39,069 nucleotides of DNA from the NCBI GenBank assembly GCA_964501035.1, contig CAZCRK010000010.1, positions 1 through 39,069 of the forward strand. The letters run 5' to 3'. Position 1 is the stretch's first letter. Each line of letters begins with the position of its first letter. Positions 29,019-38,039 of the stretch are shown here, piece after piece. The notes under the pieces are model-generated. The model did no database searches and was not told the DNA's origin. It worked only from the letters and a program-made list of their open reading frames with translations. A program made the translations under genes and the position numbers.

Positions 29019-30613
29019 CGAAGAATTTCATTTACAATTAATACTATATCAATTACATTTATAATCATATCACTATTTCCATCAGCGATGCAATACTGGG
29101 TATCGGTAAAATTTACTTCATCTAAAATATAATTGACAACCATTACAATATCTATTACGTTTAAAACTAAATCTTGATTTACATCACCATTTGGTGTGCA
29201 TTCATTTTCAACAAAATTCGTTGAACCTGGCGTACCATAATCGCCATTTGACATTAACTGTATCGATGTAGACCAGTTTTCACCATTATCATTTTCAGTG
29301 GCAATATCTATCAATTGTATGCTTGCGCCCGTTGGGTCGGGAAACGTTGAACCATTATCGTATGCAACACAATCAATCATTTCTCCAGAAGGAATTCCAA
29401 TGCATACTTCATCCCAAGAATTACTCAAGAAAAAATTTGAATACTTATAATCTACAGAAATATTTCCGTTTAAAGCAGTGTTGTCTTCAATACCCAATAC
29501 AATAAACTCATTTGGGGCTAAATTTAAACTTCCACCATTCTGAATTTGATGGTAATCTTCACCTGTATCGTATATCGTAAGTCCATTAAGATCAATAATA
29601 TCACTCCCAATATTAGTTAACTCAAACCACTCTCCATATGAGTCCGATACAGCTTGGGGGTTTTGCATAATTTCATTAATGATAAGCCCTGTTGGAGCTT
29701 CAATTTGTTGAAGTACAATCGACCAATTAACTGGACGATGGTCTGAAATATTGGTTTGATATGATGAACTACCAATATAATTATCTAATCGAATAGTTTG
29801 AATATCACTATCGTCAACATATTCCATAAGTGAAGATGAAATCAAAATATGGTCTATAAATGAATTAGTCCCCCACGGATGACTATTATAGTAATTATTA
29901 TTTGCAATTGGGGTAGTTGTAAAATACATTTCATTCGAGTCAACCAATGGCCAAAGTGAGTTATTTGATTGAGAGTTTGTTATCTCATCATTAAAATCAC
30001 CTGCAACTATCACATGATTTGGACTTTGATTTTCAATGTAATTTGCTAAAATTTCTGAAGCAAGTAACCTACGTTCAAATCCATCATTACAACATTTAAA
30101 ATGCACATTTATTATTTGTGTGCTTAATGAAGAGGTTCCACATCCCCACTGTATATTCACCATTAGGGGATTACGATACGCAAACTCCCAACCGTCATAA
30201 GGGAATAATGTTTGGGTATTTGTAATAGTTACACAATCTGAACGCACAGCGATAGCTAAATCATATCCAGAATATCCACCATCAGCTTCGTAGTCAGTAT
30301 GAACAAATTCATAGGCAGGCAAATTGTTTGCTAAATTGTTCAAACTACTTAACTGGCTAACTTCTTGAATTGCAATAACATCAGGTAGCATATCAGTTAT
30401 AATTTCTTGCACATAACTAATTGTATTGGATGTTGCAGGAAATTCTCGAATGTTCCATGTCATAACTTCTAGCCCATTCCAGTTATTTACTACAGGAATA
30501 TTCCAATTATTTTGCATGGGATTTATAGACAGTGTATCAGTTGGTGGGCATTCCTGTGCTATAACTACACTTGCTAAAAGGAAATAAATAATATGGTTAC
30601 ATAATTTTCGCAT
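29015..30613 (-). CDS. Secreted EEP (DNase I-like) nuclease/phosphatase + lamin-tail domain + dockerin
   Basis: TWNI, IAIQEV, AGDFND, IDHILIS, SDHRPV; LTD motifs LIINEIMQNP, GEWFELTN, GTPGSTN; dockerin GDVNQDLVLNVIDIV...ADGNSDMIINVIDIV. Confidence 0.88.
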   Translation of the reverse strand: MRKLCNHIIYFLLASVVIAQECPPTDTLSINPMQNNWNIPVVNNWNGLEVMTWNIREFPATSNTISYVQEIITDMLPDVIAIQEVSQLSSLNNLANNLPAYEFVHTDYEADGGYSGYDLAIAVRSDCVTITNTQTLFPYDGWEFAYRNPLMVNIQWGCGTSSLSTQIINVHFKCCNDGFERRLLASEILANYIENQSPNHVIVAGDFNDEITNSQSNNSLWPLVDSNEMYFTTTPIANNNYYNSHPWGTNSFIDHILISSSLMEYVDDSDIQTIRLDNYIGSSSYQTNISDHRPVNWSIVLQQIEAPTGLIINEIMQNPQAVSDSYGEWFELTNIGSDIIDLNGLTIYDTGEDYHQIQNGGSLNLAPNEFIVLGIEDNTALNGNISVDYKYSNFFLSNSWDEVCIGIPSGEMIDCVAYDNGSTFPDPTGASIQLIDIATENDNGENWSTSIQLMSNGDYGTPGSTNFVENECTPNGDVNQDLVLNVIDIVMVVNYILDEVNFTDTQYCIADGNSDMIINVIDIVLIVNEILR

Positions 30614-30655
30614 ACTATAATTTACGACAACAAGGATAAGATGTTACTATGACAA

Positions 30656-32578
30656 TTACTTAATGGGAAATGATAACATTACAGGCAAATGGTCTGAAAT
30701 ATATGTCTCATAGATTTCAAAGCTACCCATGTAATCTGCCATTGGAAGTGTTTGTACAAAATAATCTGAATTTGGCTCAACCAGTGAATTTGACACTAAA
30801 ATATGATCCAAAAAACTCACATAGGGTTCTTTGGGGTAAGATGCTTGACTTATATCAAACGTTATATCCCATGTTGGGAAAAAATATGCATTATCATCTA
30901 AAAATGGTTGAAAACAATGTTCAGTTGGGTCATCTTTCAAATCATCATTCCAATCACCCAATACAATAAAATGAGTCCCATCCTTTTCTGCTTCATCTGA
31001 TACATACTCATGTAGTGATTTCACTGCTTTTTGACGTCTAGATAATCCAGAATTACAACATTTCATGTGTAGATTAATGACAGAAAATGGAAGTTGATTG
31101 TCCCCATCATTATAAATAAAATCTGTTCGCATAGGTGGTCTTCCAGCAAAATTATAATCACTTTCAGAAAATGGTTCTACAATCCGTTCGAGTGTAAACA
31201 AATTTTTCTTGAATATTATCGCTTGGTCCATAAATGAGGATTGTTTGGACACTTCAAAGCTATATTCAGGTAGTAATTTTATTAATTTACTAAACCACCC
31301 GGTACGTTTAATTTCCTGAAATGCAATAATATCTGCTGAAAAATCATGAACAGCCTCAGCTAGTGCAAGAATTGTAGAATCATTGGCATGTGGGAAAAAT
31401 TCACAATTCCAAGTTAATATCTCAATATTTTGCTCAGAATCAAGATTGGGGAAATCCCAATTATCAAATTGAAATTCACTGAATTCATTCTTTAAAACTT
31501 CAGTAGAATTAATTTCATTCTTCGAATGATAATAGGTTTCTAATGCAGTTTCCTGTTTTTCCCGTATCCATTTCAAATCCTGAAAGTTGGGCTGGAAATT
31601 ATCTGCTAATAATGATTGGCTTACGTCACCATCAATTTCAGTTTCAACACCTAATAACATATGAGATTCAGCATCAATTGTTAATTTCAGATGGGTAAAT
31701 GAATTCCCATAATTTTGCATTGTATAAACATGGGAAAATGGATCATACCAAAGTGACCTATACCCTTTGGAGTTTCCACCAGTAACAATTAAATCAGCCC
31801 CCTGGGCAAAATACCCCATTTCGATTGCATTTAATGATGTATTATTGACATCTTTAGTATCTAGATCACTCAAAAACTCTTCATAAACCTTTTCTCTTTC
31901 CCATGGGATACCAGCGCTGGTAAGCACAACTATCACTTCAGCTCCTTTTTTGCGCAAAATGGGTATCCATTTTTCAAGAGTTGGTTTTTCGTAATCTAAT
32001 GTAATATTTCGTAGATTTTCATTAAGAACTAATTCTGGAATTTCAGAATGGACAACTCCTAATATTCCTACTTTAACACCTTTTATATCCTTAATTATAT
32101 AGGGTTTAAAATTTTGAGATGTTAATGGGCAATTATTACACTCTACATTTGCACCAACAAAAGGGAAATTGGCAGTGTTTATGAGTGTATTTAAATTATT
32201 AACTCCCGATATAAAATCGTATCGAGCTGGAACCACTGCATCATATTGAATTCTATTGAACCATTCAATCATACTTTGTCCATTATCAGCCATTCCAAAG
32301 GGAGTACCTTGAAAAAAATTACCACCATCAAGTAATAAAACACCTTCATTATGATTGATTGCTTCTTCCCGAATATCATCAACATATTTTGAAAAACCTG
32401 CTCCACCCACCATATCAGGTGGATACTCTGGATTCATCCAGTAAGCCTTATCCTCAGTAATGGCACCATGAATATCATTTGTAGTAATAAGGTGAATATT
32501 AATTGTTTGCTCGGAGTTGGACAAACAAAATGAACTCATTAATATTGAAAGAAATAGATTTGAAAATTTGAATTGCAT
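30656..32578 (-). CDS. Fusion of a degenerate 5'-nucleotidase-type metallophosphoesterase domain and an EEP nuclease domain
   Basis: N-terminal TTNDIHG, LLDGGNFFQGT, ANFPFVGAN, PYIIKDIKGVKVGILG; C-terminal TWNCEFF, AFQEI, LGDWND, LDHILVS, SDHLPV. Start ATG 32578 or 32587. Confidence 0.85.
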   Translation of the reverse strand: MQFKFSNLFLSILMSSFCLSNSEQTINIHLITTNDIHGAITEDKAYWMNPEYPPDMVGGAGFSKYVDDIREEAINHNEGVLLLDGGNFFQGTPFGMADNGQSMIEWFNRIQYDAVVPARYDFISGVNNLNTLINTANFPFVGANVECNNCPLTSQNFKPYIIKDIKGVKVGILGVVHSEIPELVLNENLRNITLDYEKPTLEKWIPILRKKGAEVIVVLTSAGIPWEREKVYEEFLSDLDTKDVNNTSLNAIEMGYFAQGADLIVTGGNSKGYRSLWYDPFSHVYTMQNYGNSFTHLKLTIDAESHMLLGVETEIDGDVSQSLLADNFQPNFQDLKWIREKQETALETYYHSKNEINSTEVLKNEFSEFQFDNWDFPNLDSEQNIEILTWNCEFFPHANDSTILALAEAVHDFSADIIAFQEIKRTGWFSKLIKLLPEYSFEVSKQSSFMDQAIIFKKNLFTLERIVEPFSESDYNFAGRPPMRTDFIYNDGDNQLPFSVINLHMKCCNSGLSRRQKAVKSLHEYVSDEAEKDGTHFIVLGDWNDDLKDDPTEHCFQPFLDDNAYFFPTWDITFDISQASYPKEPYVSFLDHILVSNSLVEPNSDYFVQTLPMADYMGSFEIYETYISDHLPVMLSFPIK

Positions 32579-32580
32579 TT

Positions 32581-33240
32581 TTACCATTTACCGTACATTG
32601 GATTAGGAAAAATAAATTTATTTAATCCCCAAACATAGTTATCATTTTCTGGAAAATCACCCATTGCATCCCCAAAATATGCTAACACTTGATAACTACC
32701 ATATTCACTCATTCGATTTGTACCATCTAACACTTCTTGACGTCTAATATATTTTTTATCTGATTTGTTTTGACGTAGTAGATAGATGTCTGATTTATGA
32801 CCAACCTTCAAATTTAACATGTTTACACGTGTTGCATCCGTTCTATCAGCCATTCTATTGCTTATAAACACAAATCTGCAATCAGGAATGGTCCTCATGC
32901 TATCAATAAATGCTTTTGCACCTGGGACTAAACTTGCTTCAGCTCTATTCACCCAATCTGCCCAACTTTCCATATTGAAGGATTCCCCTTTTTCAACAAG
33001 TTCAACTTGGTATTGAGAATTATCCAATACTGTTTCATCAAGATCCATGACAATCACCCAATCACTGTTCTGATGTTGAGCTTTTGATTTCAAAGATTTC
33101 CAAGCAGTTTGATACGTCTGCTCACAAATTGAAGAATATTCAGTTGAATTTCTCACCCACCGTATATCATTGGGAAGCTTATCTTCGGTAAAGAGTAATG
33201 TAGTTGAAAAAATGAAAATTGAAACTATAAACCTTATCAT
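32581..33240 (-). CDS. Class C acid phosphatase / 5'-nucleotidase, e(P4) family (HAD)
   Basis: DLDETVLDNS, VPGA, FISNR, FGDAMGDF, FPNPMYGKW. Confidence 0.92.
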   Translation of the reverse strand: MIRFIVSIFIFSTTLLFTEDKLPNDIRWVRNSTEYSSICEQTYQTAWKSLKSKAQHQNSDWVIVMDLDETVLDNSQYQVELVEKGESFNMESWADWVNRAEASLVPGAKAFIDSMRTIPDCRFVFISNRMADRTDATRVNMLNLKVGHKSDIYLLRQNKSDKKYIRRQEVLDGTNRMSEYGSYQVLAYFGDAMGDFPENDNYVWGLNKFIFPNPMYGKW

Positions 33241-34520
33241 AATAGATAACCTACTGAAAGAAGTATTGATAAATTTGATTCTCTAACCATATCTAAATCT
33301 TGTCTTAAGTCACCCTCAACCTTAAACACATCAGGATAATTATAGGTTTGCAGAGAATATGTTCCTGCAATTTCTAATGTTAACTTACCAATGTTTCTAC
33401 CAAATCCAGCTGTAAAGGTACTTTCCGGAGACAGTGCTTTAAACGGGTTTGTTTTATATGTTAAACCCGATCGAATTGCAAGGGAATTTGGGAGTCTATA
33501 TTCAAATCCAATTCCAATTTTTTGAGTATTTTGTATCCACGGGGACAGATTTGAGTAAATTGCTTTTGAATATTGGAATGTTAACTCAATTGGATAACTG
33601 CCTTTGGGTAAAAATGAAACTCCTAGGGAAAATATTTCGGGTTTATAAAATACTGGTGCAATACTATCCAGTAAATGTATTTGATAGTTGGTATCAGGTT
33701 CCCAGTATAATGGTAAGTAAGAAAGTGTATCTAACACAATATTTACATCAGTATCAATCCCAGATTCATATATTACATTCATTTTAACTTCATTAAATAT
33801 GACTTGAGTGCTTACTGTATTAAAATTATAGGAAGGAACTGTCCAACTAGTATCCAGTGGAGCAATATCAGCAATATTCATCGTATCAGAGTCAATTACA
33901 TCATATCCCATTGTTTCATATACAATAGTTTTGTCAGTGATGTGTTGACTTAATCCAACTTGTAATGAAAATTCATTTGTTTTTAAGACTTCAAGCCCAA
34001 CACCAGCAGAAAGAACATTAATCGTTCCATTTCTGTTATAAATATGATAACCAATTAATGGATCTTTGATACCAATCTCCCCATCCTCTAAACTCTTACT
34101 ACCCCGAACTTCTTCTTCATAATAATAATCATATGAAGTTAATGGGTTATACCCAATTGACACAGTACCTAAATTCAAGATATGATACATAAAACCAAAA
34201 GAAAAATCACTAAATTTATTTCGATTTGAGACATAATCTGCTTCAGTCAAATAATCATCAAAACTATCTTTAACTATTAAACTTCTCCGTTCTAGATAGG
34301 AATTTGAATGTAAATTAAAATCAAACGATATTCCCTTTATTTGCGATAATGATGCTGGATTGGTTAATACAAGTTGTGACGATAGCGAATTAAAATGTGT
34401 ATTTCCCATTGACACGGATTTAGCTGAGCCAGTTTCTGCTAATTCTCCAATTGTACGATTAAAAAAACTCTGTGCTGATAACATTGAGCACATGAATAAA
34501 ATTATTAATTTATAATGCAT
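33237..34520 (-). CDS. FadL/PorV-like outer-membrane beta-barrel
   Basis: Signal peptide, SAKSVSMG...NPASL hatch-like motif, IGIGFEY...AIRSG, FTAGFG, ends LSVGYLL. Confidence 0.7.
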   Translation of the reverse strand: MHYKLIILFMCSMLSAQSFFNRTIGELAETGSAKSVSMGNTHFNSLSSQLVLTNPASLSQIKGISFDFNLHSNSYLERRSLIVKDSFDDYLTEADYVSNRNKFSDFSFGFMYHILNLGTVSIGYNPLTSYDYYYEEEVRGSKSLEDGEIGIKDPLIGYHIYNRNGTINVLSAGVGLEVLKTNEFSLQVGLSQHITDKTIVYETMGYDVIDSDTMNIADIAPLDTSWTVPSYNFNTVSTQVIFNEVKMNVIYESGIDTDVNIVLDTLSYLPLYWEPDTNYQIHLLDSIAPVFYKPEIFSLGVSFLPKGSYPIELTFQYSKAIYSNLSPWIQNTQKIGIGFEYRLPNSLAIRSGLTYKTNPFKALSPESTFTAGFGRNIGKLTLEIAGTYSLQTYNYPDVFKVEGDLRQDLDMVRESNLSILLSVGYLL

Positions 34521-37158
34521 AATCTACCTGTATTCTAAAATCTGTATTTTCTCCACTGACATAAGGATTATGTAGCCAATTTCCAGCATCCGTTTGCCCC
34601 TCTGTAACACGCGTTGAAGGTGCATCTATTGAATGACTAAACTTAAACCTGACTGTCATGAATTCAACGGGTTTAACATTAAAGGAAATCCAATTATGAA
34701 ATGACCCTGATTCACTATTAAAAATTCTAAAATCTGTATCCTCAAAATACCATAAAAATCCACTTATAAACACTGAACCTGCTTTTAATGTAAAACGACT
34801 ATCAAAGTGATGCTCAAAACTCACACCAATTGATTCATCTGGTGCACCAATATCGCCCACCATCATTTCACTTCCATAAGGGTTATCTGTTAAACGTGGT
34901 CTCGGTGAAAAAGTAGTATAACCATTTGAGTAAAGTAATTCAATTTTATTGTATTTTGACATTCTCATTTGTATTCTTAATCGTGTTTCACGAGAGTAAA
35001 ATGGACTCGGATGCTGGATATCATTTTCACCTCTTGCTTGCCATTTTTGTCTAAGATTTATACGATAATTAAAAACTGGTCTCCAAGTGAGTGATACAAC
35101 ATTTCTGAAATATTTTGCATTATCTGCTTTTCTATTCCAAACGTCAATATTAAATGTTGCTGTCAATGATCGATAAAATTGATACCTGCCAGAAAAAAAG
35201 ACTCCTTCCTCAGCTTGTGGTTGAGGATTTCCTGAGTATAAATATGAATAAACTGGATCTTCAAGCCAATAACTATCTTCAAAAATAGACGTTTTATATC
35301 TTTGATAATTTGAAAATGATCGTTGATAGGGGTTGTCATAACCAATATCATAATCTCTATAAAGTAGAAGAAAATTTAAATTACTAAACTGAAAGAATGA
35401 GCTAACTACAACGGCTTTTGGATTAACTTCATTGTCTTTCGTGAGTTCTCCATATTCACCCTGAAAAGAAACATTTCCTATTACTGTTGAAAAATCAAAA
35501 CCTGTAACCCGCCTAAAAGATTGCGCTTTATCCCATAAAGGAGATTGACCGTTAGATTCATACATTGCAGCAATTTCCGGGTCAGCTGAATTTGTCATAT
35601 ATGAGTTATAATATGCATCACCCGAATAATTATCATAATCAGAAGCATCAAGTTCTGGGTTGTTATCATCCGCCCCACCTGTAATAGTTTCTATCACCTG
35701 TGGAATAAGCCGCCTGTCGTACAGACTTTCATAAAAAGTAAATCCAATTCTTGTGTTTATTGTTGGAGTAAATCTTATGTTACCACCCCATGTTACTTCT
35801 TCCACAGATTCTGTTAACTTATGAAATATTTTTGTTGTATCTCCATTTACACCAAAGGGTAGCCTTGGCTGCATGGTAATCAAAGTCGTAAAACTTGGAA
35901 TGGTGTCTAATATACCATTATTGTCAAAATCTTCAAAAAATTCTGAATCATCCCATTGATTATTATTATCGGTATCAATGAATGGTTCAGTTTCATCCCA
36001 TTGACCGTTTTCATTTAAGTCCGTGTAGAATTCTGCTGAATCCCACTTCCCATTTTCATTTGCATCAATGTAAGGCTCCACATCATCATTAATTATTGCA
36101 TCTCGATAATGTTTTGAAACAAACATTGACACGCGTAAAAATGAATTTGAAAATTGTGAGGCAATTCCATCCATTACAAATTGGCTTGAGCGAGTTAAAT
36201 CCGAATAAATGCCATCCTGTCGTTTTGAAAAACCAAAACCTGTACGACGAGGACTAAAGTAATCACTACTTTCAAAAATTACACCTTGACCAAATGAAGC
36301 TGTAAAATTTCCAATAACCAATTTATCTAACTTTGCTCCTAATAAATCTACATTTTCAATTGATAATGATCTTTTTTCAGTAGAAATATTGGATGGATTT
36401 CCAAGGTGTTTATATTGCAATAATCCCGCACTTAAATTCTGACCATAATTCATTGATAGTCTATGAAACAGTTCAGGGTGAGAAGGGTCTAAAAATTGAG
36501 ATGTTGCTCCTTCTTCATCTGGGCTTGTTGTTGTGGGAACAGTTCTAACTAAGTTTGTAAATCGCCAATGGAACTCAGAGTTTGATACGCCTTCATCACT
36601 TGGAAAACGTATAAAATCAATTAAGTTTTTATACCCCCAGCGACTTAATCCTGGTGCATTTTTCAACTGAAAATCACCCTCTATTTTTCCCATTTTTTGT
36701 TGTTTTAGAACAGCTACAACATCAATCGGACTCAAATTTGGAAGTGCACTTAACTCATCAAAAGACATTTTATTAATATCACGTGGATCATAAAACCTAT
36801 CTAACCAAAAATCAGATAATCCTTCAGTATTACCTTCATCTGAAAGCCACTGATCTACTTTGTAAGAAGACCTTTTTAAGTTTGCAATAAACTCCGAATA
36901 CTCTTTATGACCTATTACAATATATGGTTTTATATTATAAACATCCTCTGCAGAAATCCCATGTGCATCTAGCAACTCATAAATATTAGATATGCTCCCA
37001 ACTTTTAACAGATAATTTTCAATTTGGGTGATTTTTGATTCACTAAGTGGTAATTGCATCAATTCGCTATGAGAGGCAAAATTAATATCAATTAAAATTT
37101 GATTTTCATTTGCAATTAAAAAGCAAAATGTAAAAAACCATAGATATATTTTACTCAT
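34510..37158 (-). CDS. ComEA-like helix-hairpin-helix outer-membrane beta-barrel protein with acidic Ca-binding-like repeats
   Basis: IDINFASHSELMQLP and DINKMSFDELSALPNLS (HhH_3-like), VIGNFTASFGQGVIF, long amphipathic C-terminal strands ending RIQVDYAL. Confidence 0.75.
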   Translation of the reverse strand: MSKIYLWFFTFCFLIANENQILIDINFASHSELMQLPLSESKITQIENYLLKVGSISNIYELLDAHGISAEDVYNIKPYIVIGHKEYSEFIANLKRSSYKVDQWLSDEGNTEGLSDFWLDRFYDPRDINKMSFDELSALPNLSPIDVVAVLKQQKMGKIEGDFQLKNAPGLSRWGYKNLIDFIRFPSDEGVSNSEFHWRFTNLVRTVPTTTSPDEEGATSQFLDPSHPELFHRLSMNYGQNLSAGLLQYKHLGNPSNISTEKRSLSIENVDLLGAKLDKLVIGNFTASFGQGVIFESSDYFSPRRTGFGFSKRQDGIYSDLTRSSQFVMDGIASQFSNSFLRVSMFVSKHYRDAIINDDVEPYIDANENGKWDSAEFYTDLNENGQWDETEPFIDTDNNNQWDDSEFFEDFDNNGILDTIPSFTTLITMQPRLPFGVNGDTTKIFHKLTESVEEVTWGGNIRFTPTINTRIGFTFYESLYDRRLIPQVIETITGGADDNNPELDASDYDNYSGDAYYNSYMTNSADPEIAAMYESNGQSPLWDKAQSFRRVTGFDFSTVIGNVSFQGEYGELTKDNEVNPKAVVVSSFFQFSNLNFLLLYRDYDIGYDNPYQRSFSNYQRYKTSIFEDSYWLEDPVYSYLYSGNPQPQAEEGVFFSGRYQFYRSLTATFNIDVWNRKADNAKYFRNVVSLTWRPVFNYRINLRQKWQARGENDIQHPSPFYSRETRLRIQMRMSKYNKIELLYSNGYTTFSPRPRLTDNPYGSEMMVGDIGAPDESIGVSFEHHFDSRFTLKAGSVFISGFLWYFEDTDFRIFNSESGSFHNWISFNVKPVEFMTVRFKFSHSIDAPSTRVTEGQTDAGNWLHNPYVSGENTDFRIQVDYAL
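35905..36078 (-). repeat. Four 15-aa acidic repeats E-[PF]-[YF]-x-D-x-[ND]-x-N-[GN]-x-W-D
   Basis: EPYIDANENGKWDSA / EFYTDLNENGQWDET / EPFIDTDNNNQWDDS / EFFEDFDNNGILD. Confidence 0.85.
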
Positions 37159-38039
37159 TAAAAGCGATATCCAATATTATATTGATGTGTTATTGGAAGA
37201 GTTGGGTGGGATAATATTCCATACGAAAAGTTTACACCAACCATATGCAATTCTAAACCTACTCCAATTCGATTTGGGTTGGACTGGGTTCCTACACGAA
37301 ATAATACAAATTGGTTTAATGTGTATTCAACGCCAGCTTTTATCTGCTTATCTTTTTGACCAAGCGTTCGTTCTAAGGCTAATGACGTTACAACATTCTG
37401 GTACGGTATGAGCGAAATACCAGCATTTATTTTACGAGGTAAAGGTTGAGATGACATACCTCTTCCAATTTCAGGGGAATTAACATTTGTCATACATACA
37501 CCAACCCTGTATTTATCTCGTAATACAGCTAGTAAACCAATATCAACACCTATAGCCGATAAACTTCCAGATGTTAATCCATCACTTCCGTCACCACTCT
37601 GTCCAGCGGATTTACCTAAATTCCAATCAAGGAAATGTAAGGTGTAACCAAATGAAAGTTTTGAATTTCTATCCTTTTGTATATAGATTCCGTGACTCAA
37701 TCCAATATTCTGCTCGGATGATAAAGTATTGTCTCCATAGTTCACACTCATTTCTTGAACTGAAAACCCAAACGTCCCAACTTGGGAAACATTTAATGAA
37801 ATAGCAAAATGAGAAAAGGGTAAAAATGATAAATTAAATATATTTGTAAACCCAACTGACAACTCGTTTGATTCAATTTCTGTTAGTCCAGCAGGGTTAT
37901 GAAAAACACTATTGACATCCCCTTTGTTTGCTACCATAGAGCCAGATAATGCAGTTGCTTTTGCTCCAATATATGAATAATCACTCACAACTTGTGAAAA
38001 TGAAATATTTACAATTATGATTAAAATTAGTTTTTTCAT
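37158..38039 (-). CDS. PorV/PorQ-like outer-membrane beta-barrel
   Basis: GAKATALSG...SVFHNPAGL, GVDIG, NVNSP, AGVEY....FRVG, YGILSHPTLPITHQYNIGYRF. Confidence 0.75.
   Translation of the reverse strand: MKKLILIIIVNISFSQVVSDYSYIGAKATALSGSMVANKGDVNSVFHNPAGLTEIESNELSVGFTNIFNLSFLPFSHFAISLNVSQVGTFGFSVQEMSVNYGDNTLSSEQNIGLSHGIYIQKDRNSKLSFGYTLHFLDWNLGKSAGQSGDGSDGLTSGSLSAIGVDIGLLAVLRDKYRVGVCMTNVNSPEIGRGMSSQPLPRKINAGISLIPYQNVVTSLALERTLGQKDKQIKAGVEYTLNQFVLFRVGTQSNPNRIGVGLELHMVGVNFSYGILSHPTLPITHQYNIGYRF

Noticed and set aside
1491..37804. Other short track ORFs nested in or antisense to long genes (e.g. 1491-1889, 6876-7223, 13751-14125, 14978-15313, 33449-33787)
   Set aside because: No recognisable motifs, and they overlap well-supported CDSs.
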